Shown here piece after piece: positions 56,487 to 63,660 of a DNA stretch of 64,000 nucleotides (position 1 is its first letter; every line of letters begins with the position of its first letter). The translations under genes were made by a program, and so were the position numbers. Under the pieces are notes generated by a model. The model was not told where the DNA came from. It searched no databases and saw only the letters and a program-made list of their open reading frames with translations. This DNA is from a virus. The stretch covers positions 48,402 through 112,401 of IMG/VR virus record IMGVR_UViG_3300025141_000036, one strand, 5' to 3'.

Positions 56487-57368
56487 TTACAGCCATTTGT
56501 TGATAAGCTTGGTAACATCGGCTGCATCGAGTTTTGCCTTTGACCGCTTTTTCGTTAGAAAAGCCATAGCCTTGGCATGTCCTTCCTCTATCCACTCGTC
56601 ACCTATGGGGGTTTCGGATGGAGACAGCACGGAGACAAACTTCGGGGCTTGGTAATAAGGGGACGAGAACTTTACAAGGCTCCTTGGATGGTCGGTTATA
56701 CCCAGATCACCGAAGGAGACAATCTTTGTCTCGTTGTCTATCTGGACTGTCACATCAAGCTGTTGTTTGTAAGCATCATCCCGATAACAGTAGCGAGAAG
56801 CCCCATCATGAGCAGCACAGAACAGCGAGAGTTGATCCCAATTAACAGCGGTAACAACACCAATGACTTCTCGGTCATCTCTGTCATAGCCTTGCCTCAC
56901 TGCGAGATTGAGCAGTGCTCCTTCGGAGATACCCATTTTTTCTACAAACTTCTTATAGAAGGCTCTACGCCAGTTGCGGTTTGCTTCGATAGCATCGGCA
57001 GTGTAACTATCCATCGCAACACAGTTGCGACGATTGTGGGCTTTTGAACCACAGAACCCACACTTAGGAGCAGACCTAGCCACCCCAGTACGGGAGGTGG
57101 AGGCTTTCAGTTTTGCTGCCTCTTGTTTGGCATGAGCGTCCTTGCACTTTTGATACCACTCTCCCCAGTAACGGGGGGTAGCATACCAGTGACATGTCTT
57201 TAGGGTCTTGCTTATCCCTAGGGGTATCACGGGGGGTGACTTTGATAAATAAACATAGTCCTCGGCTACACGGGGGCAGTTGGTTGCGTTGTGGGCTGCG
57301 TTTCCGCAATAAGAGCATTTGGGTGCGGCTCTGTGGCTGGATCTTCCTTTGTTGTTATATATATTCAT
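56487..57368 (-). CDS. Double CCHC zinc-knuckle protein A
   Basis: CSYCGNAAHNATNC and CGFCGSKAHNRRNC. Confidence 0.8.
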   Translation of the reverse strand: MNIYNNKGRSSHRAAPKCSYCGNAAHNATNCPRVAEDYVYLSKSPPVIPLGISKTLKTCHWYATPRYWGEWYQKCKDAHAKQEAAKLKASTSRTGVARSAPKCGFCGSKAHNRRNCVAMDSYTADAIEANRNWRRAFYKKFVEKMGISEGALLNLAVRQGYDRDDREVIGVVTAVNWDQLSLFCAAHDGASRYCYRDDAYKQQLDVTVQIDNETKIVSFGDLGITDHPRSLVKFSSPYYQAPKFVSVLSPSETPIGDEWIEEGHAKAMAFLTKKRSKAKLDAADVTKLINKWL

Positions 57369-57370
57369 GA

Positions 57371-57622
57371 TTACTTCTCCTCTGGAGTTCTAGGGGTTTG
57401 TCCACCTGTGTTGACAGGCTTCTTTGGTTGTTTCTTGATGGGGACGTAGCACAGACCATTTTGGATCATCACACTGGCGGTTCTTCCGAAGAAGCCCTGA
57501 AGTGACCAAGCCAAGCCAGTGTCGATAAGGTGTTGCCACGCTTGAATGTATTGCTCGTCGCTTTCAGGCTCCTGAGCACCTTCGGCTATCATCGTAGCCT
57601 CTAAGTTAGTTAGTTTCTTCAT
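57371..57622 (-). CDS. Conserved phage hypothetical protein
   Basis: AWQHLIDTGLAWSLQGFFGRTA. Confidence 0.7.
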   Translation of the reverse strand: MKKLTNLEATMIAEGAQEPESDEQYIQAWQHLIDTGLAWSLQGFFGRTASVMIQNGLCYVPIKKQPKKPVNTGGQTPRTPEEK

Positions 57623-57652
57623 CGAAACCTCCTGTTGTTTGGGTTATACTAT

Positions 57653-57695
57653 ATTCTATCCGATTGGCAGACTTTTGCAAGGACAAAATATGTCC
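57653..57695 (-). promoter_or_regulatory. Class-16 promoter with abutting palindrome
   Basis: GGACA-N5-TGTCC|TTGCAA-N16-TAGAAT. Confidence 0.75.
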
Positions 57696-57706
57696 GTTTT
57701 GCTATT

Positions 57707-57940
57707 CTACCCTGTATGTCGGACTCGTTTGATTTCATATTCTTTCATAGGGAATGTTCCATCGCCACAGTTAAAACCGTACCAATGGATGACGTAGGGG
57801 TATCTATCCCAGCGACCCCGCTCGTCCCTTTTATGCCTCAACACCATCCCAATCATGTCATAAACTTTGTCGTTTTGCTTGGCTTTCCGACCAGCCGCAG
57901 ACAGTTCGACCAGTTCTCCAATCTTAAATCTGAAGTTCAT
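57707..57940 (-). CDS. GDLV-type SH3-like small protein (close paralog of 55739..55942)
   Basis: FKIGELVELSAAGRKAKQN...PY.I.W...PM..YEIK. Confidence 0.8.
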   Translation of the reverse strand: MNFRFKIGELVELSAAGRKAKQNDKVYDMIGMVLRHKRDERGRWDRYPYVIHWYGFNCGDGTFPMKEYEIKRVRHTG

Positions 57941-57941
57941 A

Positions 57942-58214
57942 TCACACCTTCCCACTGTCTACATCTTGGACGATAAGCAGAGGCTCACCATTCACATAGG
58001 AGGCTGAAACGAACGCATATTCGCTGATAAACGCCCCATCCTTGAGTTCTTCGTGGAAGTGTTTAACGTCCCCGCTGGTGAGCCACAAACGCTCGTCAGG
58101 GGTCACGTATGCGCTTGCTGTGGCAAACTCATGAACATCTCCAGACCATTCACCTAGGTTATCTTCTGCTAGCATTTGTGCGGTTTTCATTATTATTTCT
58201 AGTTTATCGGTCAT
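57942..58214 (-). CDS. Hypothetical protein
   Basis: 90 aa, SD GGAGG. Confidence 0.6.
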   Translation of the reverse strand: MTDKLEIIMKTAQMLAEDNLGEWSGDVHEFATASAYVTPDERLWLTSGDVKHFHEELKDGAFISEYAFVSASYVNGEPLLIVQDVDSGKV

Positions 58215-58440
58215 CTTGACCTCCTTTGATTATTTTACAGTTTTCGTTTAAGAGATAGTCAGTCCAGTGTTCCTCGGCAGAGTTGCTAGATAGCCAGTGG
58301 ACTACCACATGTTCTTTAAGGTTGTGATGGCTCGTTAGCCTTTTTTCTACATGCACCACCCACCCAGTGTCGGGTAGCCCAGCAGAAGAACCTACCATAT
58401 CGCTCTCCCACAGGATCATATCGCCTACTTCTAGTTGCAT
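58204..58440 (-). CDS. GDLV-type SH3-like small protein
   Basis: MQLEVGDMILW...GWVV...VHW. Confidence 0.75.
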   Translation of the reverse strand: MQLEVGDMILWESDMVGSSAGLPDTGWVVHVEKRLTSHHNLKEHVVVHWLSSNSAEEHWTDYLLNENCKIIKGGQDDR

Positions 58441-58468
58441 AGTTGCTCCATTTTTTTGGTTATACTAT

Positions 58469-58511
58469 ATTCTATCCGATTGACCAAGAAAGTCAAGGAC
58501 ATTTTTTGTCC
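58469..58511 (-). promoter_or_regulatory. Class-16 promoter with abutting palindrome
   Basis: GGACA-N5-TGTCC|TTGACT-N16-TAGAAT. Confidence 0.75.
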
Positions 58512-58513
58512 GT

Positions 58514-59494
58514 TTATGAAGTGTGCCAGCCGTACTGTTCAAGTCTTTTCTTAAGTTTCCCAGCGTTGCGACCTCTTCTAGAGGGGTGGAACTTGGCTAT
58601 CAGGGGAGCAAGGTAGGCATTAACTTCGTGTAATCGCCTGTTCTTTGCTATCCACTCCCAACACTCGGTGTAACCATTGTTAAACCATTCCTCTGAAGGT
58701 ATGTTCTCACTAGGTGCTAGGACGTTATCTATCCGCACTCCCCAAGAGGAACCACGGGCAAAGAGTTCGGCTATTTTACCTGCTTTTCCATTCACTGTGT
58801 CGTTCTCGACAATGGTATTCCAAGGGTTTTCAAGAGTGAATGTGTCACCGTTAACCAAAGTCTCAATCTTCATAACGGACTTGTATTCCCAACTGTTGAG
58901 AGTTAGACCCATATTGACTTTATCCCAATCTATCTTTGTGATAATGCCTATCCCAGAAAAGTTCTCTATCCAGCCGCCTTTGTCTCTCCAGTGGTCAGCA
59001 GACAGGGATAGCAAAGCACCTTCGGCAAAGCCCATGCCTTTCACAAAGCGTTCGTAGAACTGCTTGCGGTAGTTTTGGGAGGCTCGTTCGAGGTCATCAA
59101 CAAAGTTGTTCATAACATCACAGTGTCTGCGGTTATGCCCTGTCTCTCCGCAGAAGCCGCAAGAACTCTGTCGCTTGGCTGGCTTTCCGTAGAGCCGTTC
59201 TTTCCGCGCTTTCTTTTCTTTTCTGTCGTCTTTTCGACGCTCTTGGCGACGGTGGGCTATTCCCATCCTTTGAAAGATGGTATCATGGTAAACCAACTTG
59301 CCGTTGTTATCGCGTCTACCGTAAGACTGCTGTTGCCATTGTCCATAGAGGGTAATGTCTGGCTCCTTGCCTTGCTTTTGTAGTTCCATCATTTTGGCTG
59401 GAGCAGGGCAAGTCATCCACATGTGACCTTCACTACCACAGGTAGGGCAGTGGGTGGTTCGTTTATTTTGTTGTCTGTTCTCGTATATTTTCAT
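58514..59494 (-). CDS. Double CCHC zinc-knuckle protein B
   Basis: CPTCGSEGHMWMTC and CGFCGETGHNRRHC; start ATG 59494 after GGAGG. Confidence 0.8.
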   Translation of the reverse strand: MKIYENRQQNKRTTHCPTCGSEGHMWMTCPAPAKMMELQKQGKEPDITLYGQWQQQSYGRRDNNGKLVYHDTIFQRMGIAHRRQERRKDDRKEKKARKERLYGKPAKRQSSCGFCGETGHNRRHCDVMNNFVDDLERASQNYRKQFYERFVKGMGFAEGALLSLSADHWRDKGGWIENFSGIGIITKIDWDKVNMGLTLNSWEYKSVMKIETLVNGDTFTLENPWNTIVENDTVNGKAGKIAELFARGSSWGVRIDNVLAPSENIPSEEWFNNGYTECWEWIAKNRRLHEVNAYLAPLIAKFHPSRRGRNAGKLKKRLEQYGWHTS

Positions 59495-59526
59495 TCCGAC
59501 CTCCAAGTCGTTTGGGTTATATAATA

Positions 59527-59555
59527 CTCTTATCGGGTTCATCTTGTTTTGTCAA
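59527..59555 (-). promoter_or_regulatory. Class-17 promoter
   Basis: TTGACA-N17-TAAGAG + leader. Confidence 0.65.
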
Positions 59556-59746
59556 ACATTTTCTTGCTTTTTCTTTATTGCCTCGGTGATCTCGATGAAA
59601 TCTTCAGGCTTGATTTTCGCTAGGGCTAGTGTTATGGTGGTAGGGTCGGAGTTCATTTTGTCTAGAATGTCCTCCAGCAGCCACACATCAGCCTTTTGCA
59701 GTATGTCAATCGACCTGACTGACAGTTGTAGTTCGATCAACTCCAT
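59552..59746 (-). CDS. Hypothetical protein
   Basis: 64 aa; ELQLSVRS..IL..A resembles RNAP alpha-CTD/HhH-like motif. Confidence 0.55.
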   Translation of the reverse strand: MELIELQLSVRSIDILQKADVWLLEDILDKMNSDPTTITLALAKIKPEDFIEITEAIKKKQENV

Positions 59747-59981
59747 CTTCCACCTCCTCTATCACTTCGATCTCGTTGGAGGAACAGCCAATATAGTCTC
59801 CGTTCTCCAAAGCCACATGCCATCTTCCCCACTGCTCTTGCCCGAACTTATCGACACCTTCATCAGCCATTACTATCCCGATGCGTTCGGAATAAACGTA
59901 GCCTTTCTTCGGTGTCCATTTCTTCACAACGACCAGTTCCCCGATCTGAATGGCTTTTTTGTCTCTGTTTATTTTTATCAT
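59706..59981 (-). CDS. GDLV-type SH3-like small protein
   Basis: IQIGELVVV...IGIV...IEVI. Confidence 0.75.
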   Translation of the reverse strand: MIKINRDKKAIQIGELVVVKKWTPKKGYVYSERIGIVMADEGVDKFGQEQWGRWHVALENGDYIGCSSNEIEVIEEVEDGVDRTTTVSQVD

Positions 59982-60142
59982 AGTTTCTCCAAATAATCTA
60001 TATCGTGCCAGTCATAGCCTGTGCCTGTTTCACCACAACCGAACCAATGAATAAGCACATCTTCGCCAGTGCCGACCTCCACAATCATGCCCATCCCCCA
60101 GTAGGGGTAGCGGGGAGCGTGGACTAAATCACCTACTTTCAT
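59978..60142 (-). CDS. GDLV SH3-like small protein (not in ORF track)
   Basis: MKVGDLVHAPRYPYWGMGMIV...LEKL. Confidence 0.8.
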   Translation of the reverse strand: MKVGDLVHAPRYPYWGMGMIVEVGTGEDVLIHWFGCGETGTGYDWHDIDYLEKL

Positions 60143-60339
60143 ATTACCTCCAAGTAGTAGCCGTATTCGTGGGCTTCATGCGGCTGGTGTGCCCATTGCA
60201 CAATCCACTCATCGTGCTCGTCAAGCACGCCCCCCTTCCCACGGTAGGAGAGTATCATGCCTATCCAATCGAACTCTTCGCACTCAGGGGTCGAGAAGCC
60301 CTCTTTGATCCTTACCAAATCACCAGTTTGAAACATCAT
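60139..60339 (-). CDS. GDLV SH3-like small protein
   Basis: FQTGDLVRI...VQW...LEVI. Confidence 0.8.
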   Translation of the reverse strand: MMFQTGDLVRIKEGFSTPECEEFDWIGMILSYRGKGGVLDEHDEWIVQWAHQPHEAHEYGYYLEVI

Positions 60340-60616
60340 CGCCTTTCTCCTTAACGTCCAAGAACGCGCCAATGTAGCCCGCAGGACACACATACATGAT
60401 CACTCGCCAGCCCATAAACATCTGGGGTAGACGGGTAGACCACGGGGATACCTCGGTATCATCTGTCTCTGCGTAAACGTCCATAGTCGCACCGCAGTCG
60501 TTCGATGCTTTCTTAATAAAGAACGCACCCTCCGTAGCCTCTATCACTAGGGCTTTAATCTTTTCTTTTGCCTCGTCAAACGGGGCTTTCTTTGTATTCC
60601 AATGTAAATTAGCCAT
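60320..60616 (-). CDS. Hypothetical protein
   Basis: 98 aa, SD GGAGG. Confidence 0.65.
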   Translation of the reverse strand: MANLHWNTKKAPFDEAKEKIKALVIEATEGAFFIKKASNDCGATMDVYAETDDTEVSPWSTRLPQMFMGWRVIMYVCPAGYIGAFLDVKEKGDDVSNW

Positions 60617-60761
60617 TTATCACCTCCATTTCGCTTTCTAAATGCCAGCCGTTGCAACCATCTGCCCATTCAATCCAGACCGAACCGTCAGTCTCATGCA
60701 CAACAGTCACCCATCCAATGTCTCCATCGTAATGGTATTTTACTAAATCACCTACTTTCAT
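60609..60761 (-). CDS. GDLV SH3-like small protein (not in ORF track; close paralog of 46505..46654)
   Basis: MKVGDLVKYHYDGDIG...WADG..G.HLE. Confidence 0.8.
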   Translation of the reverse strand: MKVGDLVKYHYDGDIGWVTVVHETDGSVWIEWADGCNGWHLESEMEVING

Positions 60762-60916
60762 GACACCACCTCCAATTCATCTGCAAATCTCCACTCAGCA
60801 CCAAGCCCAATCCAATGGACGTAGAACTCTGGGTTCTTGCAGTCGGGATCATCGCAATCTATGATAAAACCAAAGCAAGTGAGAAGATGGTATCTTACTA
60901 AATCTCCGACTTTCAT
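60758..60916 (-). CDS. GDLV SH3-like small protein
   Basis: MKVGDLVRY...LEVV. Confidence 0.8.
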   Translation of the reverse strand: MKVGDLVRYHLLTCFGFIIDCDDPDCKNPEFYVHWIGLGAEWRFADELEVVS

Positions 60917-61056
60917 AATACCTCCAAGCTGTCGGTGTGACAAAGAGTATCCATTCCACATCGCCACAATACAACTCTTGCGTCCTCTGACCATACTCTT
61001 ATCACGATGCCAATCTCTCCATCGCCTCTTCCTCGCACCAAATCACCTATTTCCAT
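60913..61056 (-). CDS. GDLV SH3-like small protein (not in ORF track)
   Basis: MEIGDLVRGRGDGEIGIV...LEVL. Confidence 0.8.
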   Translation of the reverse strand: MEIGDLVRGRGDGEIGIVIRVWSEDARVVLWRCGMDTLCHTDSLEVL

Positions 61057-61216
61057 AGATCACCTCCAAGTCTGCTACAAGTTGGTTTACCTCGAAGCCG
61101 CCATCTTCATCCATTATCAAGACTGTGGCTATGTTACCTGTTTGTCGAACATCGACGACAAGCCCAAATAACTCACCCCAATGCTCTGTTGTTACTAAAT
61201 CACCTGCTACAATCAT
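61043..61216 (-). CDS. GDLV SH3-like small protein (not in ORF track)
   Basis: MIVAGDLVTT...FGLVV...LEVI. Confidence 0.8.
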   Translation of the reverse strand: MIVAGDLVTTEHWGELFGLVVDVRQTGNIATVLIMDEDGGFEVNQLVADLEVIYGNR

Positions 61217-61373
61217 TTATCACCTCGAAGTTTTGGGTTAGTTCCCACTTTTCACCCCAACTGTTGTTAGTCCATAGGACTTTTGCTTCAGTCTGTGAGT
61301 TGTAGTTCTTCTCCACTATTATCCCCAGCGCACCGCTGTGGACTGCGTGTCTTACTAAATCTCCTACTTGCAT
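61200..61373 (-). CDS. GDLV SH3-like small protein
   Basis: MQVGDLVRH...FEVINDCSR. Confidence 0.8.
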   Translation of the reverse strand: MQVGDLVRHAVHSGALGIIVEKNYNSQTEAKVLWTNNSWGEKWELTQNFEVINDCSR

Positions 61374-61558
61374 ATTACCTCCAAGTCTACGTTCTCGAAC
61401 CAACCTCTATCTCCATCGCCCCAGTGAATGTAACTGGAGGTAAATGTGTAGTGGTTCGGTCTGCTTTCACATGTTCCGATGCGCACAACTATCCCAACGT
61501 CTGTTTCGCTGGGGTGTCTCCAGACAACTAGATCACCTACTTCTATTCTATTCTTCAT
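61364..61558 (-). CDS. GDLV SH3-like small protein
   Basis: IEVGDLVVW...LEVICK. Confidence 0.8.
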   Translation of the reverse strand: MKNRIEVGDLVVWRHPSETDVGIVVRIGTCESRPNHYTFTSSYIHWGDGDRGWFENVDLEVICK

Positions 61559-61727
61559 TTATCACCACCAGATCCTCGACATAACAGATCCCTATCGTTC
61601 CCTTGCTTGCCCACATAACTCTTGCTTGCGCTTGCCTCCCTGAATATGGGGCAACGTGCTCAACCACAACACCTACGGTGTTTTCCCAGCCGAAGCGGGT
61701 TAGTCTTACCAAATCACCTACTTTCAT
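61548..61727 (-). CDS. GDLV SH3-like small protein (not in ORF track)
   Basis: MKVGDLVRL...VGVVV...VMW. Confidence 0.8.
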   Translation of the reverse strand: MKVGDLVRLTRFGWENTVGVVVEHVAPYSGRQAQARVMWASKGTIGICYVEDLVVINEE

Positions 61728-61728
61728 G

Positions 61729-62091
61729 TCAGTATCCTACCTGTATTTCGCGCTTGACATGAATGTCGCTACCATACCAATCGCCACGTTCCACAACATC
61801 GTCATTCTGTTCGCCAATGCGAACGAACCGATACCCATTTTGCGTTTCTTCTTTCTCGTCCATAGCGTTGAAGAACTTCTCGAACATTTCAACGTCTATG
61901 TAAGATGAATACCACTTGACGCTATCGACTGTAAAGAGCCAATGCCCATCACCTTGATAGTCTTTATCTAAGTGGAAGTCAGACATATCTCCGAAGATAT
62001 GAGCCATGAGTTCAGTTGTATTAAGAAAGGTGAGGAACTCACCTTGTAAGTCTTTGTGTATTGCTATTGCAACATCTGATCTGTATCCCAT
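61729..62091 (-). CDS. Conserved phage hypothetical protein
   Basis: MGYRSDVAIA...VKWY...FVRIGEQNDDV. Confidence 0.75.
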   Translation of the reverse strand: MGYRSDVAIAIHKDLQGEFLTFLNTTELMAHIFGDMSDFHLDKDYQGDGHWLFTVDSVKWYSSYIDVEMFEKFFNAMDEKEETQNGYRFVRIGEQNDDVVERGDWYGSDIHVKREIQVGY

Positions 62092-62122
62092 TGGACACCT
62101 CCATTTGTTTTGGTTATACTAT

Positions 62123-62165
62123 ATTCTATCCGATCGACAGAAAAAAGCAAGGTCATTTTTTGTCC
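62123..62165 (-). promoter_or_regulatory. Class-16 promoter with abutting palindrome
   Basis: GGACA-N5-TGACC|TTGCTT-N16-TAGAAT. Confidence 0.75.
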
Positions 62166-62344
62166 GTTTTTACTTTTTTTAACTCTATCTCTGCTATGTC
62201 TTGTTGTCTGCCGCCAGCCCACTGGACTTTGTACCACATGTGACCGTTGTATTTGTAACGATAGGTCACAATCCCCACCAATGCTTGATAGAGAAGGTCG
62301 TACCTGAATTCGACGAGATCGCCGACTTCAAACTTAGCGCGCAT
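62153..62344 (-). CDS. GDLV SH3-like small protein
   Basis: FEVGDLVEF...GIV...VQW. Confidence 0.8.
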   Translation of the reverse strand: MRAKFEVGDLVEFRYDLLYQALVGIVTYRYKYNGHMWYKVQWAGGRQQDIAEIELKKVKTDKK

Positions 62345-62516
62345 TATGCACTACCATTATCTCGACTCCATAAAGACCACGGGTGATCGTTCCATCGCCC
62401 CACACCACCTCATAGCGACGATCTCGCTGCCCGATGCGAGAAGCCTCCCTGATGATGCCGATACGACCATAATCCGTGTATCCTGTCCACATAACTAAAT
62501 CACCTACTTTCATCAT
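62334..62516 (-). CDS. GDLV SH3-like small protein
   Basis: MKVGDLVMW. Confidence 0.8.
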   Translation of the reverse strand: MMKVGDLVMWTGYTDYGRIGIIREASRIGQRDRRYEVVWGDGTITRGLYGVEIMVVHNAR

Positions 62517-62685
62517 TCACCGCCATAAGTTCAAGATGATGGATCTCTTCCCCAAAGACACCATCGCTCCACTGGACATCATACCACTTTGTGTGTATTG
62601 TATTGGGGTAAACTTTCGCTATCACCCCAATTTGTCCGTGGTCTTGGTCTTTACCGATCCACATAACTAAATCTCCTACTTTCAT
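62500..62685 (-). CDS. GDLV SH3-like small protein
   Basis: MKVGDLVMW...DESR. Confidence 0.8.
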   Translation of the reverse strand: MKVGDLVMWIGKDQDHGQIGVIAKVYPNTIHTKWYDVQWSDGVFGEEIHHLELMAVNDESR

Positions 62686-62858
62686 ATTGCCTCCAGTTCA
62701 TCAGTCCAATAAAGACCTGCGCCCATTCCATCGAGCCAATGGACTGTGACCATAGTGTATTTCTCGCCTTGTGTGTATTCTCTCGACCTATTATCAATCA
62801 CAATCCCGATCCCTTCGTAGTGATCGTTCTCGTGGATAACTAAAGTTCCTATTTTCAT
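62682..62858 (-). CDS. GDLV-type SH3-like small protein (not in ORF track)
   Basis: MKIGTLVIH...GIGIV...VHW...LEAI. Confidence 0.8.
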   Translation of the reverse strand: MKIGTLVIHENDHYEGIGIVIDNRSREYTQGEKYTMVTVHWLDGMGAGLYWTDELEAI

Positions 62859-62867
62859 TGTGACCTC

Positions 62868-63125
62868 CTATAGTCCATAGCGTTCTAGGACTTTGAGATC
62901 CCCTGGTTCTACTTCCTGACGGGAATAGATCGAGTAATGTCGATAATCATAGCTACTTTCATAGACGAAGACCTCCACTTCAACCCAATCTTTTTTGGGG
63001 TGTCCTGTGAAGTCCACAAGAATGTCGAGATCGGTTGGTTCCGCGCCAGTCGTTGGAAATAGCCACCTGTCATAGTATTCATGCTCCCCATCACGGGTCA
63101 TGATTGTGAATAGATAATGTTTCAT
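62868..63125 (-). CDS. Hypothetical protein
   Basis: RDGEHEY; SD GGAGG. Confidence 0.65.
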   Translation of the reverse strand: MKHYLFTIMTRDGEHEYYDRWLFPTTGAEPTDLDILVDFTGHPKKDWVEVEVFVYESSYDYRHYSIYSRQEVEPGDLKVLERYGL

Positions 63126-63158
63126 GTTGACCTCCTTGGTCGTTTGGGTTATGTTAGT

Positions 63159-63201
63159 AATGTATCACGGTCATTAAATAAATCAAGGACAAATTATGTC
63201 C
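63159..63201 (-). promoter_or_regulatory. Class-16 promoter with abutting palindrome
   Basis: GGACA-N5-TGTCC|TTGATT-N16-TACATT. Confidence 0.75.
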
Positions 63202-63413
63202 ATGTATTTTTTATACAGCCTGGTGCTCCATTGGAAAGCCTCTATCTTATGGTGAGACATGCTCTCACCATCTTCATAATAGGTTGTGTCTCCATCATTC
63301 CAATAGACTTCCCATGCAGTGCCGTCTTCGTGTTCTTTGCCTTCGGCACAAACAACCCCGACGAACATCCCACTGCTGTCTAGCACTATGTCTCCGATCT
63401 CAAATCTTGTCAT
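63183..63413 (-). CDS. GDLV-type SH3-like small protein
   Basis: FEIGDIVL...VGVV...VYWNDG. Confidence 0.75.
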   Translation of the reverse strand: MTRFEIGDIVLDSSGMFVGVVCAEGKEHEDGTAWEVYWNDGDTTYYEDGESMSHHKIEAFQWSTRLYKKYMDIICP

Positions 63414-63660
63414 TGCGACCTCCACTATCTCTATACGAGAAAATGTCGGGGTTGCGGTCTTGGATCTCCTGGATGGCTCGTAAGGTTTGCTGGTAGCTTT
63501 CTTTATATTCGTCAAGCGGGTTCATTTCGTAGGCAACTTGTAGCTCATAGGCTCGTTCCTTCACAACCGCCAAGATCAGTATGTCTACTTGCTCATGTAT
63601 GGTGGGATCTCTTCCTAGGATCCCTCTCAATTCATTATTCATCTTTTTAATCGCGCTCAT
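63400..63660 (-). CDS. Hypothetical protein
   Basis: 86 aa, SD AGGAG. Confidence 0.6.
   Translation of the reverse strand: MSAIKKMNNELRGILGRDPTIHEQVDILILAVVKERAYELQVAYEMNPLDEYKESYQQTLRAIQEIQDRNPDIFSYRDSGGRNDKI

Larger units (their letters stand above)
59706..63413 (-). repeat. GDLV SH3-like gene cassette array, block 3 (~15 genes, interspersed with other ORFs)
   Basis: Conserved junction repeat. Confidence 0.9.

Noticed and set aside
53907-61403. Longer N-terminal extensions given by the ORF track for many cassettes (e.g. 54146, 54835, 55268, 60994)
   Set aside because: The extensions overlap the upstream cassette in another frame; true starts follow the GGAGG SD at the MxxGDLV motif.
45327-63413. 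CRISPR array interpretation of the periodic junction repeats
   Set aside because: The repeats are degenerate and protein-coding, spacers are ~120-170 bp open reading frames, and there is no cas operon.
45327-63413. Diversity-generating retroelement or integron as the driver of cassette diversity
   Set aside because: No reverse transcriptase, no TR/VR pair differing only at adenines, no tyrosine integrase and no attC-like palindromes were seen in this window (they could lie outside it).
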